Shown here in pieces: positions 49,901-62,600 of a DNA stretch of 64,000 nt (position 1 is its first letter; each line of letters begins with the position of its first letter). Location: positions 384,203 through 448,202 of the forward strand of contig NIVC01001187.1 of the NCBI GenBank assembly GCA_002269645.1. Direction: 5' to 3'. Below the pieces are notes generated by a model, which made no database searches, was not told the origin of the DNA, and saw only the letters and a list, made by a program, of their open reading frames with translations. The position numbers were made by a program, and so were the translations under genes. This DNA comes from Macrostomum lignano (lineage: Eukaryota).

Positions 49901-52900
49901 TGAGTTCCCTGCTCACACCGGCCTTCATCATGAGTCCTGCACCGCCTCTCACTCAGGCTGTCACTCTGGCTGTCACTCCAGATTTCACTCCGGCTTTCAC
50001 TCTGGCTTTCACTCCGACTGTCACCCCGGTTGTCACTCCGGGTTTCAACCCGGCTATCACTCGGGCTGTCACTCCTGGTTTCACTCCGACTGTCACTCTG
50101 GGCTTCACTCCGGGTTTCACTCCGGCTGTCACTCCGACTGTCACCCCAGCTGTCACTCCGACGACTGTCACTCCGACTGTCACCCCGGCTGTCACTCCTG
50201 GTTTCACTCCGACTGTCACTCTGGGCTTCACTCCGGGTTTCACTCCGGCTGTCACTCCGACTGTCACCCCAGCTGTCACTCCGACGACTGTCACTCCGAC
50301 TGTCACCCCGGCTGTCACTCCTGGTTTCACTCCGACTGTCACTCTGGGCTTCACTCCGGGTTTCACTCCGGCTGTCACTCCTACTGTCATTCCGTCTCTC
50401 ACTCCGCCTTCACTCCAACTGTCACTCCGGCTTTACTCTTTCCGTCATTTCAGCTTTCACTCTTAATCTCACTCCGATTTTACTCTAGCTGTCTAATTTA
50501 GCTCCAATTTAGCTCTCTAAAGCCGAGCTCACTCCACAAAGCCGCACAATTGCACCCAAATCCCAAAACGAATGACTTGGGGGATAATTTGCCGGGGGAG
50601 AATTTTGGACAATTTCGTCAATCGCCGGCATTCCGAGGCGCCGCCAGGCCGATCGGTCGGAGCGGCCCGTCAGTTTCAAGCGTTCGCTGGAGCTCTTCCA
50701 GCTCTTCCCCATGGTAGTGAAAAACTCCCAATCCAGTGCTGGGATATTTTTCCCAAAAAAGTCTGGGTGGATTTTTCGGAACATTTCTGGTGTCATAAAA
50801 GTCGCCGCAATTCAATTCCGGCCGCTTGGTGGGATCCGAACTGCATGCGAGTTGCGGATCGTGCGGCGGATTAGTGAGAAAGTGCATTCAGACAGGTTTC
50901 ATAGACACTTTCGATGGAGAGTCAGATGCTCAGGATGGAGAGTCAGATGCTCAATATGAGAGTCAGATGCTCAGGATGGAGAGTCAGATGCTCAGGATGG
51001 AGAGTCAGATGCTCAGTATGAGAGTCAGATGCTCAGTATGAGATTCAGATGCTCAATATGAGAGTCAGATGCTCAGGATGGAGAGTCAGATGCTCAATAT
51101 GAGAGTCAGATGCTCAGTATGAGAGTCAGATGCTCAGGATGGAGAGTCAGATGCTCAGGATGGAGAGTCAGATGCTCAATATGAGAATCAGATGCTCAGT
51201 ATGAGAGTCAGATGCTCAGTATGAGATTCAGATGCTCAATATGAGAGTCAGATGCTCAATATGAGAGTCAGATGCTCAGTATGAGAGTCAGATGCTCAGG
51301 ATGGAGAGTCAGATGCTCAGGATGGAGAGTCAGATGCTCAGTATGAGAGTCAGATGCTCAATATGAGAGTCAGATGCTCAGGATGGAGAGTCAGATGCTC
51401 AATATGAGAGTCAGATGCTCAGTATGAGAGTCAGATGCTCAGGATGGAGAGTCAGATGCTCAGGATGGAGAGTCAGATGCTCAATATGAGAATCAGATGC
51501 TCAGTATGAGAGTCAGATGCTCAGTATGAGATTCAGATGCTCAATATGAGAGTCAGATGCTCAATATGAGAGTCAGATGCTCAGTATGAGAGTCAGATGC
51601 TCAGGATGGAGAGTCAGATGCTCAGGATGGAGAGTCAGATGCTCAGTATGAGAGTCAGATGCTCAATATGAGAGTCAGATGCTCAATATGAGAGTCAGAT
51701 GCTCAGGATGGAGAGTCAGATGCTCAATATGAGAGTCAGATGCTCAGTATGAGAGTCAGATGCTCAGGATGGAGAGTCAGATGCTCAGGATGGAGAGTCA
51801 GATGCTCAATATGAGAATCAGATGCTCAGTATGAGAGTCAGATGCTCAGTATGAGATTCAGATGCTCAATATGAGAGTCAGATGCTCAATATGAGAGTCA
51901 GATGCTCAGTATGAGAGTCAGATGCTCAGGATGGAGAGTCAGATGCTCAATATGAGAGTCAGATGCTCAGTATGAGAGTCAGATGCTCAGGATGGAGAGT
52001 CAGATGCTCAGGATGGAGAGTCAGATGCTCAATATGAGAATCAGATGCTCAATATGAGAGTCAGATGCTCAGTATGAGAGTCAGATGCTCAGGATGGAGA
52101 GTAAGATGCTCAGGATGGAGAGTCAGATGCTCAATATGAGAATCAGATGCTCAGTATGAGAGTCAGATGCTCAGTATGAGAGTCAGATGCTCAGTATGAG
52201 ATTCAGATGCTCAATATGAGAGTCAGATGCTCAATATGAGAGTCAGATGCTCAGTATGAGAGTCAGATGCTCAGGATGGAGAGTCAGATGCTCAGGATGG
52301 AGAGTCAGATGCTCAGTATGAGAGTCAGATGCTCAATATGAGAGTCAGATGCTCAATATGAGAGTCAGATGCTCAGTATGAGAGTCAGATACTCAGGATG
52401 GAGAGTCAGATGCTCAGTATGAGAGTCAGATACTCAGGATGGAGAGTCAGATGCTCAGTATGAGAGTCAGATGCTCAGGATGGAGAGTCAGATGCTCAAT
52501 ATGAGAGTCAGATGCTCAATATGAGAGTCAGATGCTCAATATGAGAGTCAGATGCTTAATATGAGAGTCAGATGCTCAGTATGAGAGTCAGATACTCAGG
52601 ATGGAGAGTCAGATGCTCAGTATGAGAGTCAGATACTCAGGATGGAGAGTCAGATGCTCAGTATGAGAGTCAGATGCTCAGGATGGAGAGTCAGATGCTC
52701 AGTATGAGAGTCAGATGCTCAATATGAGTCAGATGCTCAATATGAGAGTCAGATGCTCAGTATGAGAGTCAGATGCTCAGGATGGAGAGTCAGATGCTCA
52801 GGATGGAGAGTCAGATGCTCAGGATGAGAGTCAGATGCTCAGGATGAGAGTCAGATGCTCAGGATGAGAGTCGGATGCTCAGGATGAGAGTCAGATGCTC

Positions 52901-55900
52901 AGGATCAGAGTCAGGATGAGATGAGAGGATGAGAGTCGGATGCTGAGGATGAGAGTCGGATGCTCAGGATGAGAGTCAGATGCTCAGGATGGAGAGTCGG
53001 ATGCTCAGGATGAGAGTCAGATGCACAGGATGAGAGTCGGATGCTCAGGATCAGAGTCAGGATGAGATGAGAGGATGAGATTCGGATGCTCAGGATGAGA
53101 GTCGGATGCTCAGGATGAGAGTCAGCACAGGATGAGAGTCAGCTGTTCGGGATGAGAGTCAGATGGTCCAGAACTGGTCCAGTCGCAGACCGCAGCTGTC
53201 CGTGAGCGAAATTTCGATTCTCCCCTCTTAAAATTCCCCGGAGACTGGCACTGCCTGCCCGTTGCCTTTTGTCTTTGTCTCCCAAGACGCAGCGCAATCA
53301 CGGAGCTACTCAAGAGGCTGCTCAGGCTCCGCCAGGCTTATCAACTTCCACCTCGTGGGACGGCAAAGGGAATCAAGAAAAAGTTTCTCTTTGGGCGGAC
53401 GAGGCGAGCTCAAATTGATCTAATTTTTTTCAGCAGGTTGGCTCATAGAAGCATCCCGCCTCGCCTGCGATGGACTGCAGCCCCCCCCCCTACCGCGCCT
53501 CCGCAAACTTCGCCGCGATTCGGGCCTTCCGGGAAACACGAAAATCCCTGCACACTCGACAAGAAATAAATAAAATGTAGATTTGGCTGGCTTTAACGAT
53601 GAGAGTAACTCGGCCATCCATCATCTGTGTGAGAAGCAGGGAGCTCTCACAGTGCGGAGCTGGTGTGGCTGACAGAAAACAGCTTAGTGAGACTGGCTGG
53701 CAAGATGGGCTGATGGCTGCGGGCTGACTGCCCCCCATGCAGGAAGGTGTGGGCCGGAGCTTGCAGGTGCAGAGTGGCCCAGATGGGGATTGAAAACTGA
53801 CCTGACTCTGTCTGCCTCTTCCTCCGTCTCACCCTCCCTCACCCTCCCTCACCCTCCCTCACCTGTCTCACCCTCGCTCACATGTCTCACCCTCTCTCAC
53901 CTGTCTCACCCTCTCTCACCTGTCTCACCCTCTCTCACCTGTCTCACCTTCCCTCACCTGTCTCACCCTCTCTCACCTGTCTCACCCTCTCTCACCTGTC
54001 TCACCCTCTCTCACCTGTCTCACCTTCCCTCACCTGTCTCACCCTCTCTCACCTGTCTCACCCTCTCTCACCTGTCTCACCCTCTCTCACCTGTCTCACC
54101 CTCTCTCACCTGTCTCACCCTCTCTCACCTGTCTCACCTTCCCTCACCTGTCTCACCTTCCCTCACCTGTCTCACTCCCTCACCCTCCCCGACCCTCTAT
54201 CTCACTCTACCGCTCCGCCATCGACCCACCCCCAGTCCCTGCAAGATCCCAGATCCCCGCTCACTCAGTCTGGTCATTGTGAAACTCCAAGTAGCCGTGG
54301 GTGTCCTCGAAGTCCTTGCCGCCGCCTCGGGCGGTGCCGTCGGCCGTCTTGTAGGGCACTCGGACGATGCCCCGGGCGCCTGTGTGGGTGGAATGTGGGG
54401 GGGGGGGAGGGGTTGAGTTGCTTTGTGGGATCAGCTTTAATTGGTACTAAATTATTTAATTATGGCCATAAATAGCATCGCGCGGACTCGCCTTGAGGGC
54501 AATAAATGAATGATAAGCTGGTTGGGTTTTTGTCGGCGTGTATTAAGATCAAAGATGAGATGAAAGGTCATCTCGATGAAGTTATTCGTGGAAGTCTCGG
54601 CCATTAAAAATCCTGGATTTTACTAGCCTGGGTTCAATTCTTTCGTAATTCGATTCTAGATTAGCAATCCATTCTATTCCTGCACCCATGATAGGCTAGA
54701 TTAGCAATCCATTCTATTCCTTTGAGTGGAGATTAGCAGTCCCTGGCCCACCCACAGCGCAGTGATGAAGACAGCTGCTGTGCCCGGAGTTCAATCAGCC
54801 CACAGCAAACAGCCCCCGCCCCCCGTGTCGGCAGCGGCACCAGCAAAGTATCGCGTGTTGTGCCGTGTCGCCAGTCCCACTCCGAGAAGGCTGAGTTGTG
54901 GCTGAGCTGGGCGGGAAGACAGCAAAGCCAACACGGGGCAGGTGACGGGAACAGGGGGGGGGGGGCGAGCGAGAGAACTCACGCCAAGCCGAGACGATTT
55001 CAACTCCTGCTCACTTCTGCAGTCTCTCCTCCACTTCTAGGCGTCGTTGCGATGTGTTTGCACGGGACGGCGGCTCAGGGGGCTCGGGGGGGGCATTGTC
55101 CCACTCCTCGTGTAGGTCAGGGCACTCGCATGTTATACAGAGCCGCACAAAGCACGCCTTAAGCAAGACTGCCTGAGCACGGGAGTTGCTCAGACATGAG
55201 GAGAGACAGAGAAAGTGAAGGGGAGGGCGGCTAGCGAGGCTGGGGATGCGGCGGGGAGAACGGGAGGCCAGGGGGACAATGCAGCATTCCGATGGGCAGT
55301 GAGAACTTATGGCAGACAAGGGCTGAGGATGGAATGGAGGGGAGAACGGGAGAGAAGGAGGGGGGGGGGGCAGAGCAAACGAGATTTTCTCGCAGCAGAC
55401 GCGACCTGCATGGCAAGGAAGGCGGCTGGCCGAAGGCGGCAAGTGAAAGTCCTCTAGCAGCAGCTCTTCAAGACGGCAATTTGGCTTTTCTGTCTAATTA
55501 AACGGCCTGCAGAGGGGGGGGGGCTGCTAAGCAGTGCTTCTACCGAGACACAGCAACAGCAGCCCACCTGGGGAGCCGCCCAGCCGCCCGTTCGCATTCC
55601 AAGCTGACTGGCGCTGTGCAACCGTTAGCTGTGTTTAAACAGTTCCTGACCGACTTCAGGCCATCCTTGATTTATCCGGGGGCAAAGTTTGCACTTTTAC
55701 CGGTCTCGGCCCGACGGAAACCGAACCTCGGGCGAGCAAGGATAATTCGCGCATAGAAGCTCTGGCCCGGTGGGCTCGGCCTGCACTTTTGTGCCTCTCT
55801 GAGGGCCGGCGCGCCCGGAGTCCCAGTGAAAGAGCGGCTTCAAGTTCCCCAGGAATTTCTTCGCCAAACAACTTCCCGGCGACCAGAAATGGCCGCTGGA

Positions 55901-58095
55901 AGTCTTGGCCGAGACTCCGAGCGGGGATGTGAAGAGGGAGCGGAGAACTCAGCTCCGCCAATTTCCTTCCCATATACTCCTCTGCCTCCCCCCCCCCCTC
56001 GGACCGTTTCACCTCCTTGGCAATCGCGAAAAATGGGATATCGACCTCCCCGCGGGTCCGGCACGAAGTTTCCCATATGGCATTGCTTTTTCCTCTATTT
56101 TTTTTAATAACCAGCAGCTCCAATCAATGCCGCCTAGCCGAGATTTTGTCCTCGAACCGTTTTGAATTTCACTCTCTGTCGGCGGGATCGGCGCTCTGAA
56201 GGCTCAGAGCCACCAACCCCACAGCCACTCCACACTGAGGACTGGGAGCTGGTAGCACTCTTAGTCAATAAAACAGCGGCCTGCTCGGAGACACCGGCCT
56301 CCGCCCACTGGGCGCTGGACCGCACTGGGAGAGAGTGAGGGAGGCAAACGGACAGAAGCCGCCTGAAAGTGCGCCCCCTGCCCCTCCCGTGTAAGCCGAA
56401 AAGAACCTCAAATAAATCTTTTTTCAACTTGGCCATCCCCGCACGGTAGGGGAAGGCAAACTGGCAGCGGGGATCGAGAGTCTCACCTGAGGTCCGCTCC
56501 ACCTTGATCTCCGCCTCGCCCACCGACTCTCCGACGGTCTTCTCCGCCTCCTCGAAGTGGAACACCCCCGAGTGATCGTCGTCCAGCACCATGACGGTGG
56601 CGCGGCACGGGTCCGCCAGCTGCACGCGGGCGTCGGGCCGGCCGCCCTCCACGCGGATGTTGGACAGCTCCACGTAGAAGTGCTCGTCCTCCTCGAACAC
56701 GTCATCGTCGATGATATTGAGGCTGAAGCGGCAGTGCCGCTCCCCGGAGTGGAAGGTCAGGGTGCCCTTGGCGTAGTCGAAGTCCTCGCCGGCCTCAGCC
56801 GTGCCGTTCACGGTCTCGTAGTCGACCTTGACGCGGCTGTTGAGGTCGCCGCCCTCCCGGCTGACGGTGAGCTCGAAGCTGCCGATGTTCTCCATGACCG
56901 TGTAGTGGCCGGGGTCGAAGAAGATGCGCTGCAGCGCGGGGTCGACCGGCTCGCAGCTGGCCGCGTGGCCCGTCTCCGAGGCCGCGGACATTCGCCGCTC
57001 CACCTTGGACTTCTTGATGACGTTGCCGGAGCCGGTGAGCTGCCGGGTGGCCTGCATGCGGTAAAAGGCGCGCGACTTCGGGCCCCGGTTGAGCACCTCG
57101 ATCTGCGCCATCTCTTCCAGCGCCTTCGGCTCCACGTTCGGGTGCTTCTTGCGGATCTCGCGGAGCAGCTCGATGTACTCGTGCCGGTGCCGCTCGAACT
57201 CGCCCTCGCCGTCGTCTGCGAGGGCGTCGGCGCCCTCGCCGCCATCGGCAGTTTGGGCGCCTCCAGCGGCGCCGCCTCCCGCAGCGCCGAGGCTGTTCTG
57301 CAGCTCCGCGTCGCCTCCGTCGCGCTGGTACTTGCGGGCAAAGTAGCGCTTGTTGAGGAAGTGCTTGAAGAAGATCTTCGTGTCGGCGATGTAGGCCAGC
57401 AGCACCGTGATGGGGAAGTAGGCGAAGGTGAGCAGGCCCTCCCAGACGGTGACGCGGCCCGGTGAGGACACCGCGATGATGATGTACAGCCACATGTAGG
57501 CGAAGATGGAGAAGGTGGCGGTGATGAAGAACACGGTGAGGTGCTTGATGCGCCGGATTTCGCCGTCGGGCACAACGTAGACGCAGAAGCCGATGATGAT
57601 GAACAGGTTGAAGGCGGCGCTGCCCACGATGGTGCCGGGCCCGAGGTCGCCGGCCACGAAGCCCTTGCCGCAGATCTCGATGATGGACAACAGGATCTCC
57701 GGAGCCGAGGACCCCAGCGCCATCAGCGTCAGGTTGCTGACCGTCTCGTTCCAGATGCGCACGCTGACGACCTGCTTGCTGCCGTCCTTCAGCTTCACGA
57801 CGACGTCCTTCTCCTTGGAGGTGATCACCTCGATGGCGGCCATGAAGCGGTCGGCTATGATGGACACGCCCAGGAAGCAGTAGACCAGTATGGCCAGGTA
57901 CACCGTGGCCCGCGCCACGCGGTCGCCCAGGCTGAGGTTGTCGGCCGGCAGCCACATCGGCAGCACCACGCCGGGCTTGCAGGAGACGTTCGCCTGCGAC
58001 GGGCAGGTGCCGTTTGCGTCCAGCGCCACCGCCTCGGCTGTCGGCGCAAGGAGCGCCAGGGAGAGCAGCGGCGTCAGCGCGGAGATCAGAGACAT
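43921..58095 (-). CDS. SLC8A: Sodium/calcium exchanger (NCX, SLC8 family), 899 aa, 8 coding exons
   Basis: complement join(56487..58095,54265..54379,49358..49455,47070..47182,46316..46415,46101..46229,45101..45259,43921..44297) = 2700 nt, phases consistent. Signal peptide [22 protein letters not shown]; alpha-1 [20 protein letters not shown]; CBD1 [13 protein letters not shown]; CBD2 start LDDDHSG; [10 protein letters not shown]; alpha-2 ALGTSLPDTFASK and [14 protein letters not shown]. The vertebrate paralogue number cannot be assigned. Confidence 0.95.
44705..45060. repeat. 12-bp repeat (GAGCACTGCTTT), about 29 copies
   Basis: Last NCX intron. Confidence 0.92.
46465..47069. repeat. 20-bp C/A-rich repeat (CCACAGCCCCTCACCCACCC)
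   Basis: Fills NCX intron 46416-47069, starting at the donor. Confidence 0.9.
48218..48575. repeat. 12-bp repeat (CCATACTGTATT), about 30 copies
   Basis: NCX intron 3. Confidence 0.92.
48680..49140. repeat. 20-21-bp repeat (GAGATTGTGTCTGTTTATCT)
   Basis: NCX intron 3. Confidence 0.9.
49945..50435. repeat. 12-bp-based repeat (TGTCACTCCGGC/TTTCACTCCGGC) with a 108-bp higher-order unit
   Basis: NCX intron 2; a 36-codon block recurs in the ORF track. Confidence 0.85.
50915..53165. repeat. 20-21-bp satellite (GAGAGTCAGATGCTCA[GGATG/GTAT/ATAT]), about 108 copies
   Basis: NCX intron 2; has higher-order periodicity. Confidence 0.95.
53825..54185. repeat. 19-bp repeat (CACCTGTCTCACCCTCTCT), about 17 copies
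   Basis: NCX intron 2, near the exon 2 donor. Confidence 0.9.
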
Positions 58096-59699
58096 TTTCG
58101 GAGTCGAAACCGGGGATTTCTGCCAAGTTTTCAAGCGCTATGAGCAGCCAGCCGGCGCGGCCATGTCCCTCAGTGCTCACTCAGTTCTCAGCCAAGAATT
58201 GGATTTTTACTTCGGGCCACTTCCTGCCGCTTAGATTTCAATCTCGGGGACTGGCGGACGGAGAGACTGCGACGGCTGAGGCCCCGCGAGTGCAAGGAGC
58301 AGAGATGGGGAGCAAGTGGATGCTGGGAGAAAGGAGGATAAAAGCCTGGGGAGGCCGAGATTCACCTCAAACCCACCCACCTCCTCCCTTCACTCCAAGT
58401 TGCTGCTCAGCCAATGACGGGCCGGAGCTGCTGCTGCTGCTGCCTGGGGGAGATGGGAAAAATCCCTCCCTAATTTTTTGCAGTTGGACGGGAGGGCAGA
58501 GACGACAGCCAAGGCGGGCCTGAGGCGGGAGAACTGCGTGCTGCTAGCTGGAATCAGGCATTGATTGTTGGGCCGGGGCGAAGCGCCAAGACCCGGGCTG
58601 CCCAGAGTGCAGCAGCGGCAGCAGCGGTGCGGTGGGGCCGGGGGGGGGCTGAATGAATGACGAAACGCGAAAGACGGCGCGCGCCAACGCCTCCTTGCAC
58701 TTAGCGGAAGGTGAATTGGGGGAGCGCGCGGTCAGGGTGGGTTGGAGAGGCCTCCCCCCCGTCCAATTCTCTATTGCCTTCATTTTCTGCCCCAAATTCC
58801 AAAAAACCCCAGTTTGAATTCCAGCGGCTGCCCCAAGTCGCCTTGGCTGCCTCTTCTAGCGGACTGGAACGGGCGGGAGAAGAAGGCGCAGCTGCAGTTC
58901 CGCTTGCCGCACAGCCGTTCTGCATCTCCTGCCAGCAGTTCATAACTCGCCAGCCACTGCGAGGCCGGGGAGGCTGAGAGGCTTCAGATGACGCGGGGAG
59001 ACAAGTTTTCGGCCGACTATTCGGGACTGGGTGGCGGGGCAAGGCACAGTAGCGCTTCAACGATGCCGCCCCTAGCAACGAATCCCAGCTTGCTTACCGC
59101 GGACTTTAAAAACCCCAAGTAGACTTTGTAAAAGTGAATGGAGCTGAGAGAAACGAGAGATCGGGAGAGCAGCCGGGGATTGCGTGAGCTGCAATTCTAG
59201 AAGGGGCAGCTTCGGTCTCTAATTGACGCCAGGCTCCCGGGACTGCGCGGTTCAGTCAGGTGCGGCCTAATCGGGAGAGTTCAAGTGGCTCTGTCTAGAA
59301 AGAAAGAGGAATTGTGAGAAAAGGAAGAAAGTAAAAAAAAATCCTCATTCAATTGGCCGCTGCGCAAATCCGAGGAGGGTTGAATTTAAAATCTCTCATT
59401 GCTTTTTCAAGCACCTGCAGAAGGGAAATGCGAGCAAGGGACACTTTAGTCCAGCTGGAGCAGCTACATCAAGAATCTCAGAGCAGCTCACAATGAGGGC
59501 TCTGTAGGAGAATTCCGCTAGCAGCCCGGCTGCTCCGAATGACGCAGGCTCGCGGGAGGTGAGAAGCAGCACAAGTGCAATTAAAAAGCTTTGCGGCTGT
59601 CATGACAACAAGAGTATGCTCTGCTGGAGTAGTTGAGCAGGCGGGACAATGGATTTGTAGCCACGCACAGGAAGTGAAATGACAGAATTGAATAGAAAG

Positions 59700-62600
59700 C
59701 AGGATTCCATTTCAGTGCCTTAACTGACACAGCACCCTCAACTGGATTCCATTTCAGTGCCTTGGCTCAGTGACTGACACAGCACCCTCAACTGGATTCC
59801 ATTTCAGTGCATTGGCTCATTGACTGACACAGCACCCTCAACTTGATTCCATTTCAGTGCCTTGGCTCAGTGACTGACACAGCACCCTCAACTGGATTCC
59901 ATTTCAGTGCCTTGGCTCAGTGACTGACACAGCACCCTCAACTGGATTCCATTTCAGTGCCTTGGCTCAGTGACTGACACAGCACCCTCAACTGGATTCC
60001 ATTTCAGTGCCTTGGCTCAGTGACTGACACAGCACCCTCAACTGGGTTCCATTTCAGTGCCTTGGCTCAGTGACTGACACAGCACCCTCAACTGGATTCC
60101 ATTTCAGTGCCTTGGCTCAGTGACTGACACAGCACCCTCAACTGGGTTCCATTTCAGTGCCTTGGCTCAGTGACTGACACAGCACCCTCAACTGGATTCC
60201 ATTTCAGTGCCTTGGCTCAGTGACTGACACAGCACCCTCAACTGGGTTCCATTTCAGTGCCTTGGCTCAGTGACTGACACAGCACCCTCAACTGGGTTCC
60301 ATTTCAGTGCCTTGGCTCATTGACTGACACAGCACCCTCAACTGGATTCCATTTCAGTGCCTTGGCTCAGTGACTGACACAGCACCCTCAACTGGTTCCA
60401 TTTCAGTGCCTTGGCTCATGACTGACACAGCACCCTCAACTGGATTCCATTTCAGTGCCTTGGCTCAGTGACTGACACAGCACCCTCAACTGGTTCCATT
60501 TCAGTGCCTTGGCTCAGTGACTGACACAGCACCCTCAACTGGATTCCATTTCAGTGCCTTGGCTCAGTGACTGACACAGCACCCTCAACTGGGTTCCATT
60601 TCAGTGCCTTGGCTCATGACTGACACAGCACCCTCAACTGGATTCCATTTCAGTGCCTTGGCTCAGTGACTGACACAGCACCCTCAACTGGATTCCATTT
60701 CAGTGCCTTGGCTCAGTGACTGACACAGCACCTTCAACTGGATTCCATTTCAGTGCCTTGGCTCAGTGACTGACACAGCACCCTCAACTGGGTTCCATTT
60801 CAGTGCCTTGGCTCATTGACTGACACAGCACCCTCAACTGGGTTCCATTTCAGTGCCTTGGCTCATTGACTGACACAGCACCCTCAACTGGGTTCCATTT
60901 CAGTGCCTTGGCTCAGTGACTGACACAGCACCCTCAACTAGGTTCCATTTCAGTGCCGTGACTGACACAGCACCCTCAACTGGGTTCCATTTCAGTGCCT
61001 TGGCTCAGTGACTGACACAGCACCTCAACTGGATTCCATTTCAGTGCCTTGGCTCAGTGACTGACACAGCACCCTCAACTGGGTTCCATTTCAGTGCCTT
61101 GGCTCAGTGACTGACACAGCACCCTCAACTGGATTCCATTTCAGTGCCTTGGCTCAGTGACTGACACAGCACCCTCAACTGGATTCCATTTCAGTGCCTT
61201 GGCTCAGTGACTGACACAGCACCCTCAACTGGGTTCCATTTCAGTGCCTTGGCTCAGTGACTGACACAGCACCCTCAACTGGGTTCCATTTCAGTGCCTT
61301 GGCTCAGTGACTGACACAGCACCCTCAACTGGATTCCATTTCAGTGCCTTGGCTCAGTGACTGACACAGCACCCTCAACTGGATTCCATTTCAGTGCCTT
61401 GGCTCATTGACTGACACAGCACCCTCAACTGGATTCCATTTCAGTGCTTGGCTCATTGACTGACACAGCACCCTCAACTGGATTCCATTTCAGTGCCTTG
61501 GCTCATTGACTGACACAGCACCCTCAACTGGGTTCCATTTCAGTGCCTTGGCTCAGTGACTGACACAGCACCCTCAACTGGGTTCCATTTCAGTGCCTTG
61601 GCTCAGTGACTGACACAGCACCCTCAACTGGGTTCCATTTCAGTGCCTTGGCTCATGACTGACACAGCACCCTCAACTGGATTCCATTTCAGTGCCTTGG
61701 CTCAGTGACTGACACAGCACCCTCAACTGGGTTCCATTTCAGTGCCTTGGCTCATTGACTGACACAGCACCCTCAACTGGATTCCATTTCAGTGCCTTGG
61801 CTCAGTGACTGACACAGCACCCTCAACTGGGTTCCATTTCAGTGCCTTGGCTCATTGACTGACACAGCACCCTCAACTGGATTCCATTTCAGTGCCTTGG
61901 CTCAGTGACTGACACAGCACCCTCAACTGGTTCCATTTCAGTGCCTTGGCTCATGACTGACACAGCACCCTCAACTGGATTCCATTTCAGTGCCTTGGCT
62001 CAGTGACTGACACAGCACCCTCAACTGGGTTCCATTTCAGTGCCTTGGCTCAGTGACTGACACAGCACCTTCAACTGGATTCCATTTCAGTGCCTTGGCT
62101 CAGTGACTGACACAGCACCCTCAACTGGGTTCCATTTCAGTGCCTTGGCTCATTGACTGACACAGCACCCTCAACTGGGTTCCATTTCAGTGCCTTGGCT
62201 CATTGACTGACACAGCACCCTCAACTGGGTTCCATTTCAGTGCCTTGGCTCAGTGACTGACACAGCACCCTCAACTAGGTTCCATTTCAGTGCCGTGACT
62301 GACACAGCACCCTCAACTGGTTCCATTTCAGTGCCTTGGCTCAGTGACTGACACAGCACCTTCAACTGGATTCCATTTCAGTGCCTTGGCTCAGTGACTG
62401 ACACAGCACCCTCAACTGGGTTCCATTTCAGTGCCTTGGCTCAGTGACTGACACAGCACCCTCAACTGGATTCCATTTCAGTGCCTTGGCTCAGTGACTG
62501 ACACAGCACCCTCAACTGGGTTCCATTTCAGTGCCTTGGCTCAGTGACTGACACAGCACCCTCAACTGGATTCCATTTCAGTGCCTTGGCTCAGTGACTG

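Noticed and set aside
53280-53400. Protein-like stretch [20 protein letters not shown] on the + strand
   Set aside because: Too short, with no start or splice support and no recognisable family.
56424-58180. Overlapping long ORFs in other frames or on the antisense strand of NCX exon 1 (and similar ones over HUWE1)
   Set aside because: Shadow frames expected from very high GC3 codon usage; no independent motifs.
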